Shown here: in pieces, positions 9,145 to 18,484 of the stretch
Position numbering within the stretch: position 1 is the first letter of the stretch
How the letters are laid out: the number at the start of each line of letters is the position of its first letter
Assembly (NCBI GenBank): GCA_007124105.1
Contig: SLFT01000310.1
Location: 1-42,083 of the forward strand
Direction of reading: 5' to 3'
Source: Candidatus Hydrogenedentota bacterium
Lineage (GTDB): Bacteria > Hydrogenedentota > Hydrogenedentia > Hydrogenedentales > CAITNO01
DNA: 42,083 nt
Notes under the pieces: generated by a model
What the model saw: only the letters and a program-made list of their open reading frames with translations
Databases searched by the model: none
What the model was told of the DNA's origin: nothing
Program-made: the position numbers and the translations under genes

Positions 9145-10407
9145 CTACTTCTTCTTATACCGTTCTCGATACGCGCCCGGAGTCATGCCCACATAACGTT
9201 CAAAAAGTTTCCCGAAATTACTCTGGTCGCGAATGCCCACCCGACGCCCCACTGCCGCTGCGCTCAACCGCGTGTTTCGCAACATCCGTTGTGCGTGTTC
9301 AGCGCGAACGCGTCCGAGGTATTCTGTGAAGCTGCCCTTTACCCGGCACTCCAACGCGCGGGTGATGCTTGACGCGGCCACGCCAAAATCAGCGGCAATG
9401 TCCCGCAAAGTCAGCTCGCTCTTGTAGCGTTTGTAGACAATGTCCACCAAATCCGGCAGGTAGCCGGGCATGGCGTTTTCACGCTTCGGTCGCACACACC
9501 GTAATAAGCGCATGGCGGCGTTCAGGAGTTTTCGTGGTTCGTTGATATCGCCTGTTTCCGCCAAAAAGAGTGGATATCTATGCATTGCGGGCTCCATGTC
9601 GCCGCCCATGTTCCCTGAGGCTTCCAGTATCTGGGATACGGTGCGCGTTAGTAACAACTGCATAGATTCAGGCGACTGCCGGTGTAACAGCCGCGCCTCA
9701 TCAAGTCGGTCCTGCAACGCGGCGCGCACGATTCTCGTGTGTCCGCAAAGTAATGCCAGCGCCGCTAGCGCCGTCCAGGCATTTACGGTCTCCGCAATAA
9801 AAGCGCGCTTTTCGACGCTGTCGTGGGCACTCACATCTGAAATCAGGCCCGTCGTTTCCGAATGTTCTTCGGCCTCTTCTTCTGACTCACACGCCGCGTA
9901 TGCCTCACGCAACCCTTCGGTCAACCATTCCGCTGTGGCGCGAACGGCGCCGGCGGGAATAATGCGCACATCATCCAGCGTGAAATCGGGCGCCCCATCG
10001 TCATCAAGCGCCACGTCAAACATGCGCAGGCCCAGGCGCACATCATGGGCAACATCCTGAGCCGCTTCCGCTGGGATATACGGGCCAAAGGTAATGAGAT
10101 ACTCCGTTTCGGGAAGCGCGGGCACACACACACAGGTCAGCCCCAAATGGCAAACGAATGTAACGGGCACTTTCTCCTGGCTGGCAAGGGTTGACGCGCT
10201 CGCGCGGGAACTGCGACAGGCGCGCGCGCCGTCAGCGTTCTCTGCTACGCACTGACACACGGCGCAACCGCCCCATCCCATTATCGGCAGTTCATTCTCC
10301 TCGCCCGCGCTGAAATGCAGGCTCATCGGCGTTGCCGCCACAAGCGCGGCGCGGTCCAGCAAGCGCTTCACTGCTTCGCTCCGAAAAAACGCCGGCGACG
10401 CCTTCAC
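9145..10407 (-). CDS. AraC family transcriptional regulator with PocR-like Cys-containing sensor domain
   Basis: 420 aa. C-terminal AraC HTH (..RMLRNTRLSAAAVGRRVGIRDQSNFGKLFERYVGMTPGAYR). N-terminal region with C..C..C and VCHLGLT resembles PocR sensor domains. The GTG start overlaps the stop of the upstream MBL gene (GTGA). Confidence 0.8.
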   Translation of the reverse strand: MKASPAFFRSEAVKRLLDRAALVAATPMSLHFSAGEENELPIMGWGGCAVCQCVAENADGARACRSSRASASTLASQEKVPVTFVCHLGLTCVCVPALPETEYLITFGPYIPAEAAQDVAHDVRLGLRMFDVALDDDGAPDFTLDDVRIIPAGAVRATAEWLTEGLREAYAACESEEEAEEHSETTGLISDVSAHDSVEKRAFIAETVNAWTALAALALLCGHTRIVRAALQDRLDEARLLHRQSPESMQLLLTRTVSQILEASGNMGGDMEPAMHRYPLFLAETGDINEPRKLLNAAMRLLRCVRPKRENAMPGYLPDLVDIVYKRYKSELTLRDIAADFGVAASSITRALECRVKGSFTEYLGRVRAEHAQRMLRNTRLSAAAVGRRVGIRDQSNFGKLFERYVGMTPGAYRERYKKK

Positions 10408-11177
10408 GTGGTCACCTCGAAGACAGGCGATACCACATCGGACGGCGCAGCCAGGATTTGGACGGGCAACCCGTCAAGCGCTTCACGCGCCAGGGCGCAC
10501 GCCAGTTCAGGGGTGTTGTTGTCCCGGCTGATATGCGCAAGCACCACCAGGCGCAACGCTTCATGCCGTAATTGCCGCAACAGTTTCTGCACGTCATGAT
10601 TGGATAAATGGCCGGTACGGCTGCGGATGCGTTGCTGTATGCTTGGCGGGTACGGCCCCTGACGGAGCAGGTCGGGACAATAATTGGATTCGATAACCAG
10701 CGCGTTCGCGCCCATCAGCCGCGCGCGGATCAATTGTGAACAATGGCCGAAATCGGTGGCGAGACCAAGGGTCGCCCCATTCGACCGAACCACATAATTC
10801 ACCGGGTCCGCGGCGTCGTGGGACACAGCGAAACTGGTTACGCTTAATCCGTTAAACTGCAAGGTATCGCCAGATTCGAAATGCATCACATTGGGAATAA
10901 CGCCGACGGAAGCAGGAAGCGCCTCGGCGCAGGGTTGCGTCATGAATACAGGCGCGTCAACACGCCGCGCCAGTACACCAAGCCCACGAACATGGTCCGT
11001 GTGCTCATGGGTCACCAACACCGCATCCAGCGACTCGGGGGCCACGCCGGTTTCCGCCATCGCCGCCGCCAGACGTTTGTAACTCAACCCGTTGTCAATC
11101 AACAACCGTGTGGTTTCATTGTAAACAAGCAGCGCGTTGCCGCTGCTGCTGCTGCCTAATATCACAAAACGTAACAA
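10404..11177 (-). CDS. MBL-fold metallo-hydrolase (YycJ/PhnP-like)
   Basis: HEHTDHVRG metal motif and N-terminal LRFVILGSSSSGNA. The longest ORF reaches 11201. TTG at 11177 is preferred because GGAGA lies 7 nt upstream and it matches the usual family N-terminus. Confidence 0.85.
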   Translation of the reverse strand: MLRFVILGSSSSGNALLVYNETTRLLIDNGLSYKRLAAAMAETGVAPESLDAVLVTHEHTDHVRGLGVLARRVDAPVFMTQPCAEALPASVGVIPNVMHFESGDTLQFNGLSVTSFAVSHDAADPVNYVVRSNGATLGLATDFGHCSQLIRARLMGANALVIESNYCPDLLRQGPYPPSIQQRIRSRTGHLSNHDVQKLLRQLRHEALRLVVLAHISRDNNTPELACALAREALDGLPVQILAAPSDVVSPVFEVTT

Positions 11178-11208
11178 CAGAAGGTCTCCAATAAGAACCA
11201 AGTACGCG

Positions 11209-11231
11209 CTTAACCCGGATATTTCACCGGG
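11209..11231 (+). repeat. copy 1 of dispersed ~22-nt intergenic motif CTTAACCCGGATATTTCACCGGG (itself a 7-bp-stem hairpin AACCCGG/CCGGGTT)
   Basis: 21/23 identical to the reverse complement of 23519-23541. Related copies lie at 23486-23506 and 19130-19151. Confidence 0.75.
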
Positions 11232-11332
11232 TTCCGTCGTGATCTTAGATACCGAATAATCGCAAACGCAATAGCGTTCAAGTGGGCATTCACCTTTCGT
11301 ACGGCTGTATGGTTTCCAGGCCGGGGACGCAA

Positions 11333-11602
11333 TTATAATACTTCTGGTTGATGGTGTGGAGCGGCACGCAGTTCTCGGACATACACATCACTGCTTTGAA
11401 TATCGTCCCGGTCTTTCCAAAGACCGACAAGGGCAGATTGGCGCAATTGTCCGACCGTCAAAGGAGGCGCATCCGTTGACCGCGAATCATGGCTTAAAAC
11501 AATAACCTCGACATGTTGCCCGCGCTTAACAGGCAAATCCGATACGGTAACTTCGCCATCGGCGTCTACAATCTGACCTATTCTGATTGGTCTCATACTC
11601 AT
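11333..11602 (-). CDS. small antitoxin-like protein (orphan; no toxin gene downstream)
   Basis: About 89 aa from ATG 11602. The N-terminal beta-rich segment ..VTVSDLPVKRGQHVEVIVL.. and the C-terminal GLWKDRDDI..SDVYVRELR resemble small type II antitoxins. Family assignment is by resemblance only. Confidence 0.45.
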   Translation of the reverse strand: MSMRPIRIGQIVDADGEVTVSDLPVKRGQHVEVIVLSHDSRSTDAPPLTVGQLRQSALVGLWKDRDDIQSSDVYVRELRAAPHHQPEVL

Positions 11603-11957
11603 GCCTTTCGCCGGTGCTGCCACTCAAAGCATTTACTGTCCAAAATGACAAAATGCGTCTGAAGGCTACTGTCTTCACTTGGTTAGCATAGCAAAATGGG
11701 ATGCGTACCCACGAAAGATATGGGACTACATTTCCAACATATACAGGAACATGCTTCAGCATCCCAATTGCCTACGCATTCGGAGCGCAAAGATCGTTTC
11801 AGAAATCCAAGGCCGCTGAATAATAATGTCGCAGCACAGCGCGCAGCCGCTGGTTCAGGCATACGCTATTTTCTTTTCACCAAACAACATCAGAAATTCG
11901 TGTAACAGATTCGAGACGCGTTATACTTCAAGTAGTCAGTATTAAGGAGATATCTTC

Positions 11958-12170
11958 ATGGAAGCAATAAAGAGAATCGCCGATGTAAAGAACCATAGAC
12001 TAACGGTGCGCCTGCCCAAAGACTTTAACCACCCTCGGGTTGAGGTTATTATTCTGCCTTGCGAATCGTCCGGCGCCTCGCCAAGGGATGCCGCATCGGC
12101 GTGGCAACGGGACTTTTTGTCCATCTCCTGTTGGGATGAAGACTTACAGGAGGCGACGGTACGCTCATAG
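11958..12170 (+). CDS. small antitoxin-like protein preceding the PIN gene
   Basis: 70 aa with strong RBS AAGGAG. ..RLTVRLPKDFNHPRVEVIILP.. resembles the 11333 protein. The PIN-domain ORF starts within about 20 nt of its stop. Confidence 0.5.
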   Translation: MEAIKRIADVKNHRLTVRLPKDFNHPRVEVIILPCESSGASPRDAASAWQRDFLSISCWDEDLQEATVRS

Positions 12171-12184
12171 CCGCTGAAAACGTT

Positions 12185-12554
12185 CTGATTGATAGATCGG
12201 TCATCATTGATTTCCTGCGCAAGAAAGACAAGCGGAATACCTTGCTATGGGAAATCAGGGAAGAATTTTTGCTATATTTCCGTGGTTATCCTCTTTGAAC
12301 TGTACGCAGGCGCCACCACGGACTTGAAGCGGTCTGACGTGGACAAAATTTCAACATGGATAAAACCGGTTGCTTTGGACGCTGCCATCGCGAACAAAGC
12401 AGCCGCCTATTATCGGGAACTGAAAACACGCAACCGCAACGTCGAATTTCGCGACCTCTTTATCGCCGCTACAGCAACACACCACGGATTTCAACTGGCC
12501 ACATTGAATACAAAACACTTTCAACGCATTAAAGATTTGGCGCTATTGCTTTAA
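12185..12554 (+). pseudogene. PIN-domain (VapC-like) toxin with disrupted N-terminal reading frame
   Basis: Canonical PIN C-terminal part in the ORF-track frame (YISVVILFELYAGA.., FRDLFIAATA, LATLNTKHF). The canonical N-terminal part VLIDRSVIIDFLRKKDKRNTLLWEIREEF is in the neighbouring frame (12185-12270), which has no ATG/GTG/TTG start. The frames switch at a T5 run (12266-12270). Confidence 0.6.
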
Positions 12555-14341
12555 CAAGCGCGTCCGCCATCTAAATTCGGAGGCGGCTGCGATAGGGGCA
12601 TATCTGTATGTCCACGCGCGTTTTTCCAGGCCATCACAGCCTCGACAACCATCCATGCCTGTACCAGCAGGATGAACACGCCAAACCCGAAGAGTAAATA
12701 ATTGCGGGCCTGGTAAAACGTCATCACTTGATATATAAGCGCCCATGCGGGGATCACAAGCATCATCAACAGGGGGATTACCACGAAGAAGATGGGCTTG
12801 TTGTTGCGTCGCAGATAAAAAATGACCACCAGAAAAGCGAGTCCCGCAAGCAATTGATTTGTAGCGCCAAAAAGCGGCCACAACAGCAATCCGCCCGACC
12901 CCGGGCCTTCGGGGCCGCGCATCAGCGCAAGGATGCCGGCGCAGACCACGGCGATGGTGGTCGCCACATACTTGTTTCGCAACGCGTTGACGCTGACCGC
13001 GCCGCCAATCTCCTGAATCACGTAGCGTTGCAACCGGGTCGAAGTGTCTATGGTGGTGGCGGCGAAACAGGCCACCATCACGGCGATGATGCCAATGGCC
13101 AAATCCCGTGGAACGCCAAGGGCGGCTATCATGTTGCCGCCGCCTTCAATAAACACGCCCACCGTATGCGCCAGCCGCATGCCGCCCCAGCCGTGGCCGT
13201 AGTAATGCATGAACGCTTCCCTGCCAAAGAGGGACTCGCCGTCAACGGTTGCGAGGATGCCAATGCCCGCGCAACAGCTGATAATTACGAGCAGCGCAAG
13301 TACGCTTTCAACAAGCATGGAGCCGTACCCGATGTACAAGGCGTCCGTCTCACGATTGATCTGTTTCGACGAGGTGCCGGACGACACCAGCGAGTGAAAT
13401 CCGGAAATAGCGCCGCAGGCGATGGTAATAAACAAAAAAGGCATCAGCGGCGGCGCGCCGGTCAGCCCTTTGCCAAGTATGGGCCCCACCATGGGCGGCG
13501 CAGCCACAAACAGCCCCACAATCAACAGGAACAGGGCGACGTACAATTGCAGCGAATTGATGTAATCCCGCGGCTGCAACAACATCCATACCGGCAATAC
13601 GCTTGCGACGAAACAATAAATCAAGAGGAACAAGGTCCATAAAACAACCGAAGACCCCAACGCGTCCATGTACGAGGCGCCCGCTCCCGGGAAAAGCGCC
13701 AGGCCGGTGTCGAAAGACAGATGCCGCACCCCCAGATACACCGTGAAATAAAGCAGCAACAAGGCGATGGCCGACATAAGAAACAGGTTGCCGCCCCGTT
13801 TATAAATCACTACGCCTACCACGACAGCCAACGGCATGGCCGTCCACACGGACAGCACGGTCTGTGGATAAATGGAAAAGATGGTGGCGATCACCAGCCC
13901 GAACACGGCAATGATAATGGTCAGCGTCAAGAAAAGAATGGTCAAAAACAACAAGCGCGTACGGCGCGAAATCATCTGGCCCGATATGTCGCCGATGGTC
14001 TGGCCGCGATGACGCATGGACACCACCAACGCCCCGAAATCATGCACCGCGCCGACAAAAATGGAACCGAGCACCACCCACAACAACGCGGGCAGCCACC
14101 CCCAGAACACCGCAATAGCGGGTCCGACAATTGGTCCCGTCCCCGCGATGGACGTAAAGTGATGGCCAAACAACACCAGCCGGTTCGTAGGCACATAGTC
14201 CAGACCGTCACGGAGCGCATGGGCGGGCGTTGGCGCCTCGGGTTGCAGCGAAAATATCTTGCGCGCGAGCCAGCGCCCGTAGGTGTTGTACGCAATGATG
14301 TAGCCTGCGAAACAAAGGATTGCAATGGCAATGGTAGTCAT
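12551..14341 (-). CDS. cstA: carbon starvation protein A (peptide/pyruvate transporter family)
   Basis: Polytopic membrane protein with the typical CstA N-terminus MTTIAIAILCFAGYIIAYNTYGRWLARKIF. Start taken at the internal ATG 14341 (RBS GGGAGA). Its stop overlaps the VapC stop (TTAA). Confidence 0.92.
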   Translation of the reverse strand: MTTIAIAILCFAGYIIAYNTYGRWLARKIFSLQPEAPTPAHALRDGLDYVPTNRLVLFGHHFTSIAGTGPIVGPAIAVFWGWLPALLWVVLGSIFVGAVHDFGALVVSMRHRGQTIGDISGQMISRRTRLLFLTILFLTLTIIIAVFGLVIATIFSIYPQTVLSVWTAMPLAVVVGVVIYKRGGNLFLMSAIALLLLYFTVYLGVRHLSFDTGLALFPGAGASYMDALGSSVVLWTLFLLIYCFVASVLPVWMLLQPRDYINSLQLYVALFLLIVGLFVAAPPMVGPILGKGLTGAPPLMPFLFITIACGAISGFHSLVSSGTSSKQINRETDALYIGYGSMLVESVLALLVIISCCAGIGILATVDGESLFGREAFMHYYGHGWGGMRLAHTVGVFIEGGGNMIAALGVPRDLAIGIIAVMVACFAATTIDTSTRLQRYVIQEIGGAVSVNALRNKYVATTIAVVCAGILALMRGPEGPGSGGLLLWPLFGATNQLLAGLAFLVVIFYLRRNNKPIFFVVIPLLMMLVIPAWALIYQVMTFYQARNYLLFGFGVFILLVQAWMVVEAVMAWKNARGHTDMPLSQPPPNLDGGRAC

Positions 14342-14720
14342 AACACGATTCTCCCGAACAGTCGCCTCGCTTCCAGCAACGACCACGTTTAAGCCCGCAC
14401 AGATCGTCTGATGCTTCCGTAAACCTGCGAAGGTTGCGCCCAATCACCTGCGTTGCGCGGGCGTCGGCTATACGCATATAGGAATACGACGGTGTCGGCG
14501 AATGCGCGTAGCGCCTGGGACAGCGCACTCTTCGCGAAAGCAGTACACTACTGGTGATATGTGTGGGCCGACCCTATGCCATATTATATACCCGCCACCC
14601 CTGCAATGCATGTTTTTTTGCGCCTGGGTGCGCGCAAACGCGGACAGTGTTGCTGCTGCGGGTTCCGGCATGTCGAAAAGTACGTTTATGATATAACAGT
14701 GGCAGCACGTCAGCGCTGAT

Positions 14721-15785
14721 TTATCGCGCCGCCCCGAGCAACATACGCAGCTGCATGTCGCTGTAGCCATGTCGTCGCAAGGGCGCAATAATGTCCAATT
14801 CCAGCGCCGGCACATAATAATCCAACACATTGCTTGTGCCTTTGATACGCCACTCGTTCACGGAGGCGGGGATCAACGCCGCCTCGCCCTGTTCAAGGAC
14901 GCAACCGCTGTTCTCCGCAACGAGCGTAACCACATCGTCCACCGCCATCAGAATATGGAACGATCTGCCCGTGCCCTCAAACGCCGCGCCGCCTCTCACG
15001 CATATCCGCTCCGCCGCGAAATAGGAACAGGCCGAAAGCACCTCGCGCACAACGCCACCTTCGGTGTATCGCAGCGGCGCGACCCGTCCGCCGTGGTCAA
15101 TCGCGAAATCCATGACGGCCATTGCTTTCTCAATGTGCAGCGTGCGCGGCACACCGTTCTCGTCCACGCGCTTCCAGTCAAACAGCCGATAGGTAATATC
15201 GCTGTTCTGCTGTATTTCAGCCAGCAATTTGCCCGCGCCAATAGCATGAACGGCCCCCGCATTCACAAACACGCCGTCGCCCGCCGACACGGAAAAGCCG
15301 CGCAAGAGCGGCGCAACGTCGCCCGCATTAAGCGCCGCCTTGAAGCTGTCGCGCGTTACCCCAGCGCACAACCCCGAGAACAGCGCGCTCTTGTCTTCCG
15401 CGTCTATCACATACCACATCTCGGTTTTGCCCGTGTCGCTCTCGCCAAGACGCAACGCCTTTGTATCGTCGGGATGTACCTGCACGGACAACACGTCGCC
15501 GGCGTCAATCAATTTCAGCAACAGCGGAAATCGTCCCTGGGACGTGTGTTGCGCCTGTGCGCCAAGGATGGCTGACGCGTCCATATCCATTAAGTCGCGC
15601 AGACTTCTCCCTTCAAACTCACCCGAAGCGACAACGCTCTCGCAGCTGACATGATCGGAAATCAGCCACGCCTCGCCTACCGGCCCGGGCTGATGTACGG
15701 TGCGTTTGAGAACGCGCGTCAGTTTGTCGCCGCCCCATAAGCGCTCCATGTAGTGCTCTTGAAATTTCAATATGCCAAACTGCAT
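14721..15785 (-). CDS. manA: class I mannose-6-phosphate isomerase
   Basis: 354 aa. ..YMERLWGGDKL.., LSVQVHPDD and GKTEMWYVI motifs of Bacillus-type PMI. RBS GGAGA. Confidence 0.8.
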   Translation of the reverse strand: MQFGILKFQEHYMERLWGGDKLTRVLKRTVHQPGPVGEAWLISDHVSCESVVASGEFEGRSLRDLMDMDASAILGAQAQHTSQGRFPLLLKLIDAGDVLSVQVHPDDTKALRLGESDTGKTEMWYVIDAEDKSALFSGLCAGVTRDSFKAALNAGDVAPLLRGFSVSAGDGVFVNAGAVHAIGAGKLLAEIQQNSDITYRLFDWKRVDENGVPRTLHIEKAMAVMDFAIDHGGRVAPLRYTEGGVVREVLSACSYFAAERICVRGGAAFEGTGRSFHILMAVDDVVTLVAENSGCVLEQGEAALIPASVNEWRIKGTSNVLDYYVPALELDIIAPLRRHGYSDMQLRMLLGAAR

Positions 15786-15803
15786 GTGTCATCTCCTGTC
15801 GCG

Positions 15804-16595
15804 TCAACGTTTTCCAACGGTTGCGATATAGATGGTAAATTCGTCGCTGCCGTCAACGCCGAGAAATCTGTCACAGCCCGCCTGGTCGTAGGCGGCAATG
15901 GCGCAGGCGCCCGCGCCGATGCATTGACATGCAAGATACAGGTTCTGACAGGCATGGCCTGCGTCAATAGCGATTACCTTGTGCGCGGCCAGATCGTACC
16001 GCCATTCCATCCGCGCCGGCAGGGTTGTCCAGAAGAATGTCGCCGCCCCCGCCGCAACAAATCCCTGGCCAAGACACGCCAGCGCCGCATCACGACCAAT
16101 CCCATCGTCTATCCGCAGCTGCGCCAGCGCGCCGTCGAAGGGCAGATACCGATACAATCCGGGGGCCAGCGATTCCACGCGATTGACCGCCAGATAGGTC
16201 TCAAAGCTGTGACGCGCGCCCGCCGACGGCGTGGTGCGAAGCGCGCATTCAGGACCAAGCACGCTGCGCACGCCTTGTGTCGCCCACAACAACATGGACA
16301 ATTCATCGAGGGTCAGCGCCGCAGCGCCATAAGCGCGTACGCTCTCTCGTTGGCGAATAGCGGCGGCAACGCTCACCGTGCCCAGACGGTTTAATGCCGC
16401 CGCACCGTCGGGCAGCGGAACGCGCGGCGCATCCGGCAAACACGGTTTCTGCAACGGCGGCGCGGGTTGTCCAAGGCTCTGCGCCGTGCGCGAAAAATCT
16501 ATCTGTTGACGGATATCGTCCTTGAGAAAGAAACGGTTCCCGTCATATCTGTCGCCGTTCATCTGATAAATCACCTTGTCTCGTGCGAAACCCAC
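15804..16595 (-). CDS. SagB-type / nitroreductase family dehydrogenase
   Basis: 263 aa. RESVRAY..LTLDELSMLLWATQGV and nitroreductase-fold C-terminal motifs. The start is ambiguous (GTG 16595 or ATG 16562). Confidence 0.72.
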   Translation of the reverse strand: MGFARDKVIYQMNGDRYDGNRFFLKDDIRQQIDFSRTAQSLGQPAPPLQKPCLPDAPRVPLPDGAAALNRLGTVSVAAAIRQRESVRAYGAAALTLDELSMLLWATQGVRSVLGPECALRTTPSAGARHSFETYLAVNRVESLAPGLYRYLPFDGALAQLRIDDGIGRDAALACLGQGFVAAGAATFFWTTLPARMEWRYDLAAHKVIAIDAGHACQNLYLACQCIGAGACAIAAYDQAGCDRFLGVDGSDEFTIYIATVGKR

Positions 16596-16607
16596 GCAAC
16601 CGCCGTA

Positions 16608-16862
16608 TCAGGATTCTGCGCGCACGGTTCCCGAACGGATCACCGCCTGGCAGGCCAGACGCTGATCGTCATCCAGACCCAAATCCCGTTCCGCGTCGTT
16701 CGGCGGCTCAAGATTTTCCATTCCCTCTGTAACGGTGATGATGCACATCCCGCATTGGCCAGCGCGACATCCAAAAAGAACGCCCAGGTCCTCGCACGCG
16801 TCCATGATCGCGGAACCGTCCGCCACTTCCTTCTCTTGACCATCAATAACAAGTGTTGCCAT
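16608..16862 (-). CDS. [2Fe-2S] ferredoxin
   Basis: 84 aa. Cys pattern C-x4-C-x2-C ... C (GCRAGQCGMC ... LACQ). RBS GGAGA. Confidence 0.8.
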   Translation of the reverse strand: MATLVIDGQEKEVADGSAIMDACEDLGVLFGCRAGQCGMCIITVTEGMENLEPPNDAERDLGLDDDQRLACQAVIRSGTVRAES

Positions 16863-17086
16863 AACGCTTTCTCCTCTCTTACGCTGTCATCGTTTGCGCT
16901 GCCATGCAAGCGCTGTATGGTTAAAAAACACGAGTCCATGTCCATTACGGAAAAGTATACCAGAGAAAGCGCCGTCATACGTATTTCACAATGTGCCATG
17001 GAGAGATTGCGCTGTCGCCTGCGACCATGTACAATAATATACACGATTACGTCAAAGAATAAACAACAAGGAAAGGAGCGCGCTTC

Positions 17087-18340
17087 ATGAAAAAACTAGC
17101 TATTGTTGCGGCCATTCTCTGTTCGTTCGCTTCGTTATGGCCTGTCCATGGCGAACAGCACCAGCCGCCCGACCCCGCAATGGAAGTAAACGTGCCCATG
17201 CGCGCATTGACTTCCGGCCCACAGTCGCACTGGTTCGCTTATTACGACAAGCACCAGTTCGATCCCACCGACCGCTATGCACTGGGAATGCAGGTCTCCT
17301 TCGAGGACCGCGCCCCCGAGCCGGACGACGCCATTATGTTGGGCATGGTTGATCTGCAAAATAACGACACGTGGATTCCTTTCGCGGAGTCAACCGCCTG
17401 GTGCTGGCAACAGGGATGCATGTTGCAGTGGCTGCCCGGCTCTGACACAGAGGTCATTTATAACGCCCGCGAAGACGACCGGTATATCGCCGTCATACAA
17501 GACGTGTTCACCGGCGAAAAACGGACGCTGCCGCGCCCCGTATACACCGTGGCCGCGGACGGCAAATCCGCAGTAGGGCTCAATTTCGCGCGCGTTGGCG
17601 AAACGCGGCCCGGCTACGGGTATAACGGCGTCCCGGACCCCGGCGCTGATGAACTGCATCCGGATAATGACGGCATCTATTCTCTTGATTTGGTTACAGG
17701 CGCGTCGCAACTGATTGTAACGCTTGACCAGATCGCCGCATACCGACCCGACGATACAATGGACAAGGGGAAGCACTGGTTCAATCATCTCTTGTTCAAT
17801 CCCGACGGTTCCCGCTTCATCTTCCTCCATCGCTGGCATCGCGAGTCCGGACGCGGCTGGTACACCCGTGGATTCACCATGCAGCCCAACGGTGAAAACC
17901 TCTTCTGCTTCAATGACCACGGCATGGTCTCTCATTTCATCTGGCGCGATCCGCGCAACATTCTGGCATGGTCGCGTGAACCCGATTCGGGAAATAAATT
18001 TCATCGCTACGAGGACATGACCGACAACGTCGCTGTTGTCGGCGATGACATACTCACCCAGGACGGCCATTGCACCTACTCGCCGTGCGGGAAGTGGATT
18101 CTGACGGATACCTATCCCGACCGCGACCGGATGCAGACCCTGCTGCTGTACCGGCCCGAAGACGACAAAGTCGTCACACTCGGACGGTTCTACCAGGCGC
18201 CCACCGATGATATACAACTACGATGCGACCTCCATCCTCGTTGGAGCCGTGACGGCAACTATGTCTGCATTGACTCCAAATGGTCGGGACAACGGCAAAT
18301 GTACCTCCTCGAGGTCACTGAAATCATGGGCGAGGAATAG
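17087..18340 (+). CDS. secreted TolB-like beta-propeller protein (oligogalacturonide-lyase-like)
   Basis: 417 aa with signal peptide MKKLAIVAAILCSFASLWPVHG. Repeated propeller-blade patterns. The C-terminal LHPRWSRDGNYVCIDS..GQRQMYLLEV resembles the end of Ogl/TolB-type propellers. The functional call is tentative. Confidence 0.6.
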   Translation: MKKLAIVAAILCSFASLWPVHGEQHQPPDPAMEVNVPMRALTSGPQSHWFAYYDKHQFDPTDRYALGMQVSFEDRAPEPDDAIMLGMVDLQNNDTWIPFAESTAWCWQQGCMLQWLPGSDTEVIYNAREDDRYIAVIQDVFTGEKRTLPRPVYTVAADGKSAVGLNFARVGETRPGYGYNGVPDPGADELHPDNDGIYSLDLVTGASQLIVTLDQIAAYRPDDTMDKGKHWFNHLLFNPDGSRFIFLHRWHRESGRGWYTRGFTMQPNGENLFCFNDHGMVSHFIWRDPRNILAWSREPDSGNKFHRYEDMTDNVAVVGDDILTQDGHCTYSPCGKWILTDTYPDRDRMQTLLLYRPEDDKVVTLGRFYQAPTDDIQLRCDLHPRWSRDGNYVCIDSKWSGQRQMYLLEVTEIMGEE

Positions 18341-18424
18341 CGGCAGACGGACGCCGGGTAGTATAAAGCCCTATGTCGCACCAGTTGGCTAACGTCGTCC
18401 GCAGCTCTGAAACTATTTTCAGGC

Positions 18425-18455
18425 TTGTGGGCACGCGTAGTATTGGTGTATACTA
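18425..18455 (+). promoter_or_regulatory. candidate sigma70-type promoter (TTGTGG-18-TATACT) overlapped by inverted repeat TAGTAT-N6-ATACTA (possible TetR operator)
   Basis: Read directly. -35 at 18425-18430 and -10 at 18449-18454. Inverted repeat at 18438-18443 and 18450-18455. An extra TAGTAT half-site lies at 18359-18364. The site is about 30 nt upstream of the TetR ATG. Confidence 0.35.
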
Positions 18456-18484
18456 AGAACATGAACGAACGGTAGGTAGAGGGT

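Noticed and set aside
11209-11332. 41-codon ORF (MRPRPGNHTAVRKVNAHLNAIAFAIIRYLRSRRNPVKYPG) downstream of the orphan antitoxin as a functional toxin
   Set aside because: It is too short for any toxin family I know. Its last codons are supplied by the dispersed intergenic motif, and it has no independent RBS. At most it is a gene remnant.
12728-14392. 304-aa and 223-aa plus-strand ORFs opposite cstA
   Set aside because: Shadow ORFs of a membrane-protein gene (Gly/His/Gln/Arg-rich). No motifs and no RBS.
14611-14637. Hairpin TTTGCGC-N8-GCGCAAA with adjacent T7/A7 run between manA and cstA as a terminator
   Set aside because: The homopolymer is on the wrong side of the stem for the minus-strand transcript. 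On the plus strand no gene ends nearby.
14769-15575. 268-aa plus-strand ORF opposite manA
   Set aside because: Antisense to a gene with clear PMI motifs. No recognisable domain.
17390-18217. 275-aa minus-strand ORF opposite the beta-propeller gene
   Set aside because: Shadow frame. The plus-strand gene has a signal peptide, an RBS and propeller repeats.
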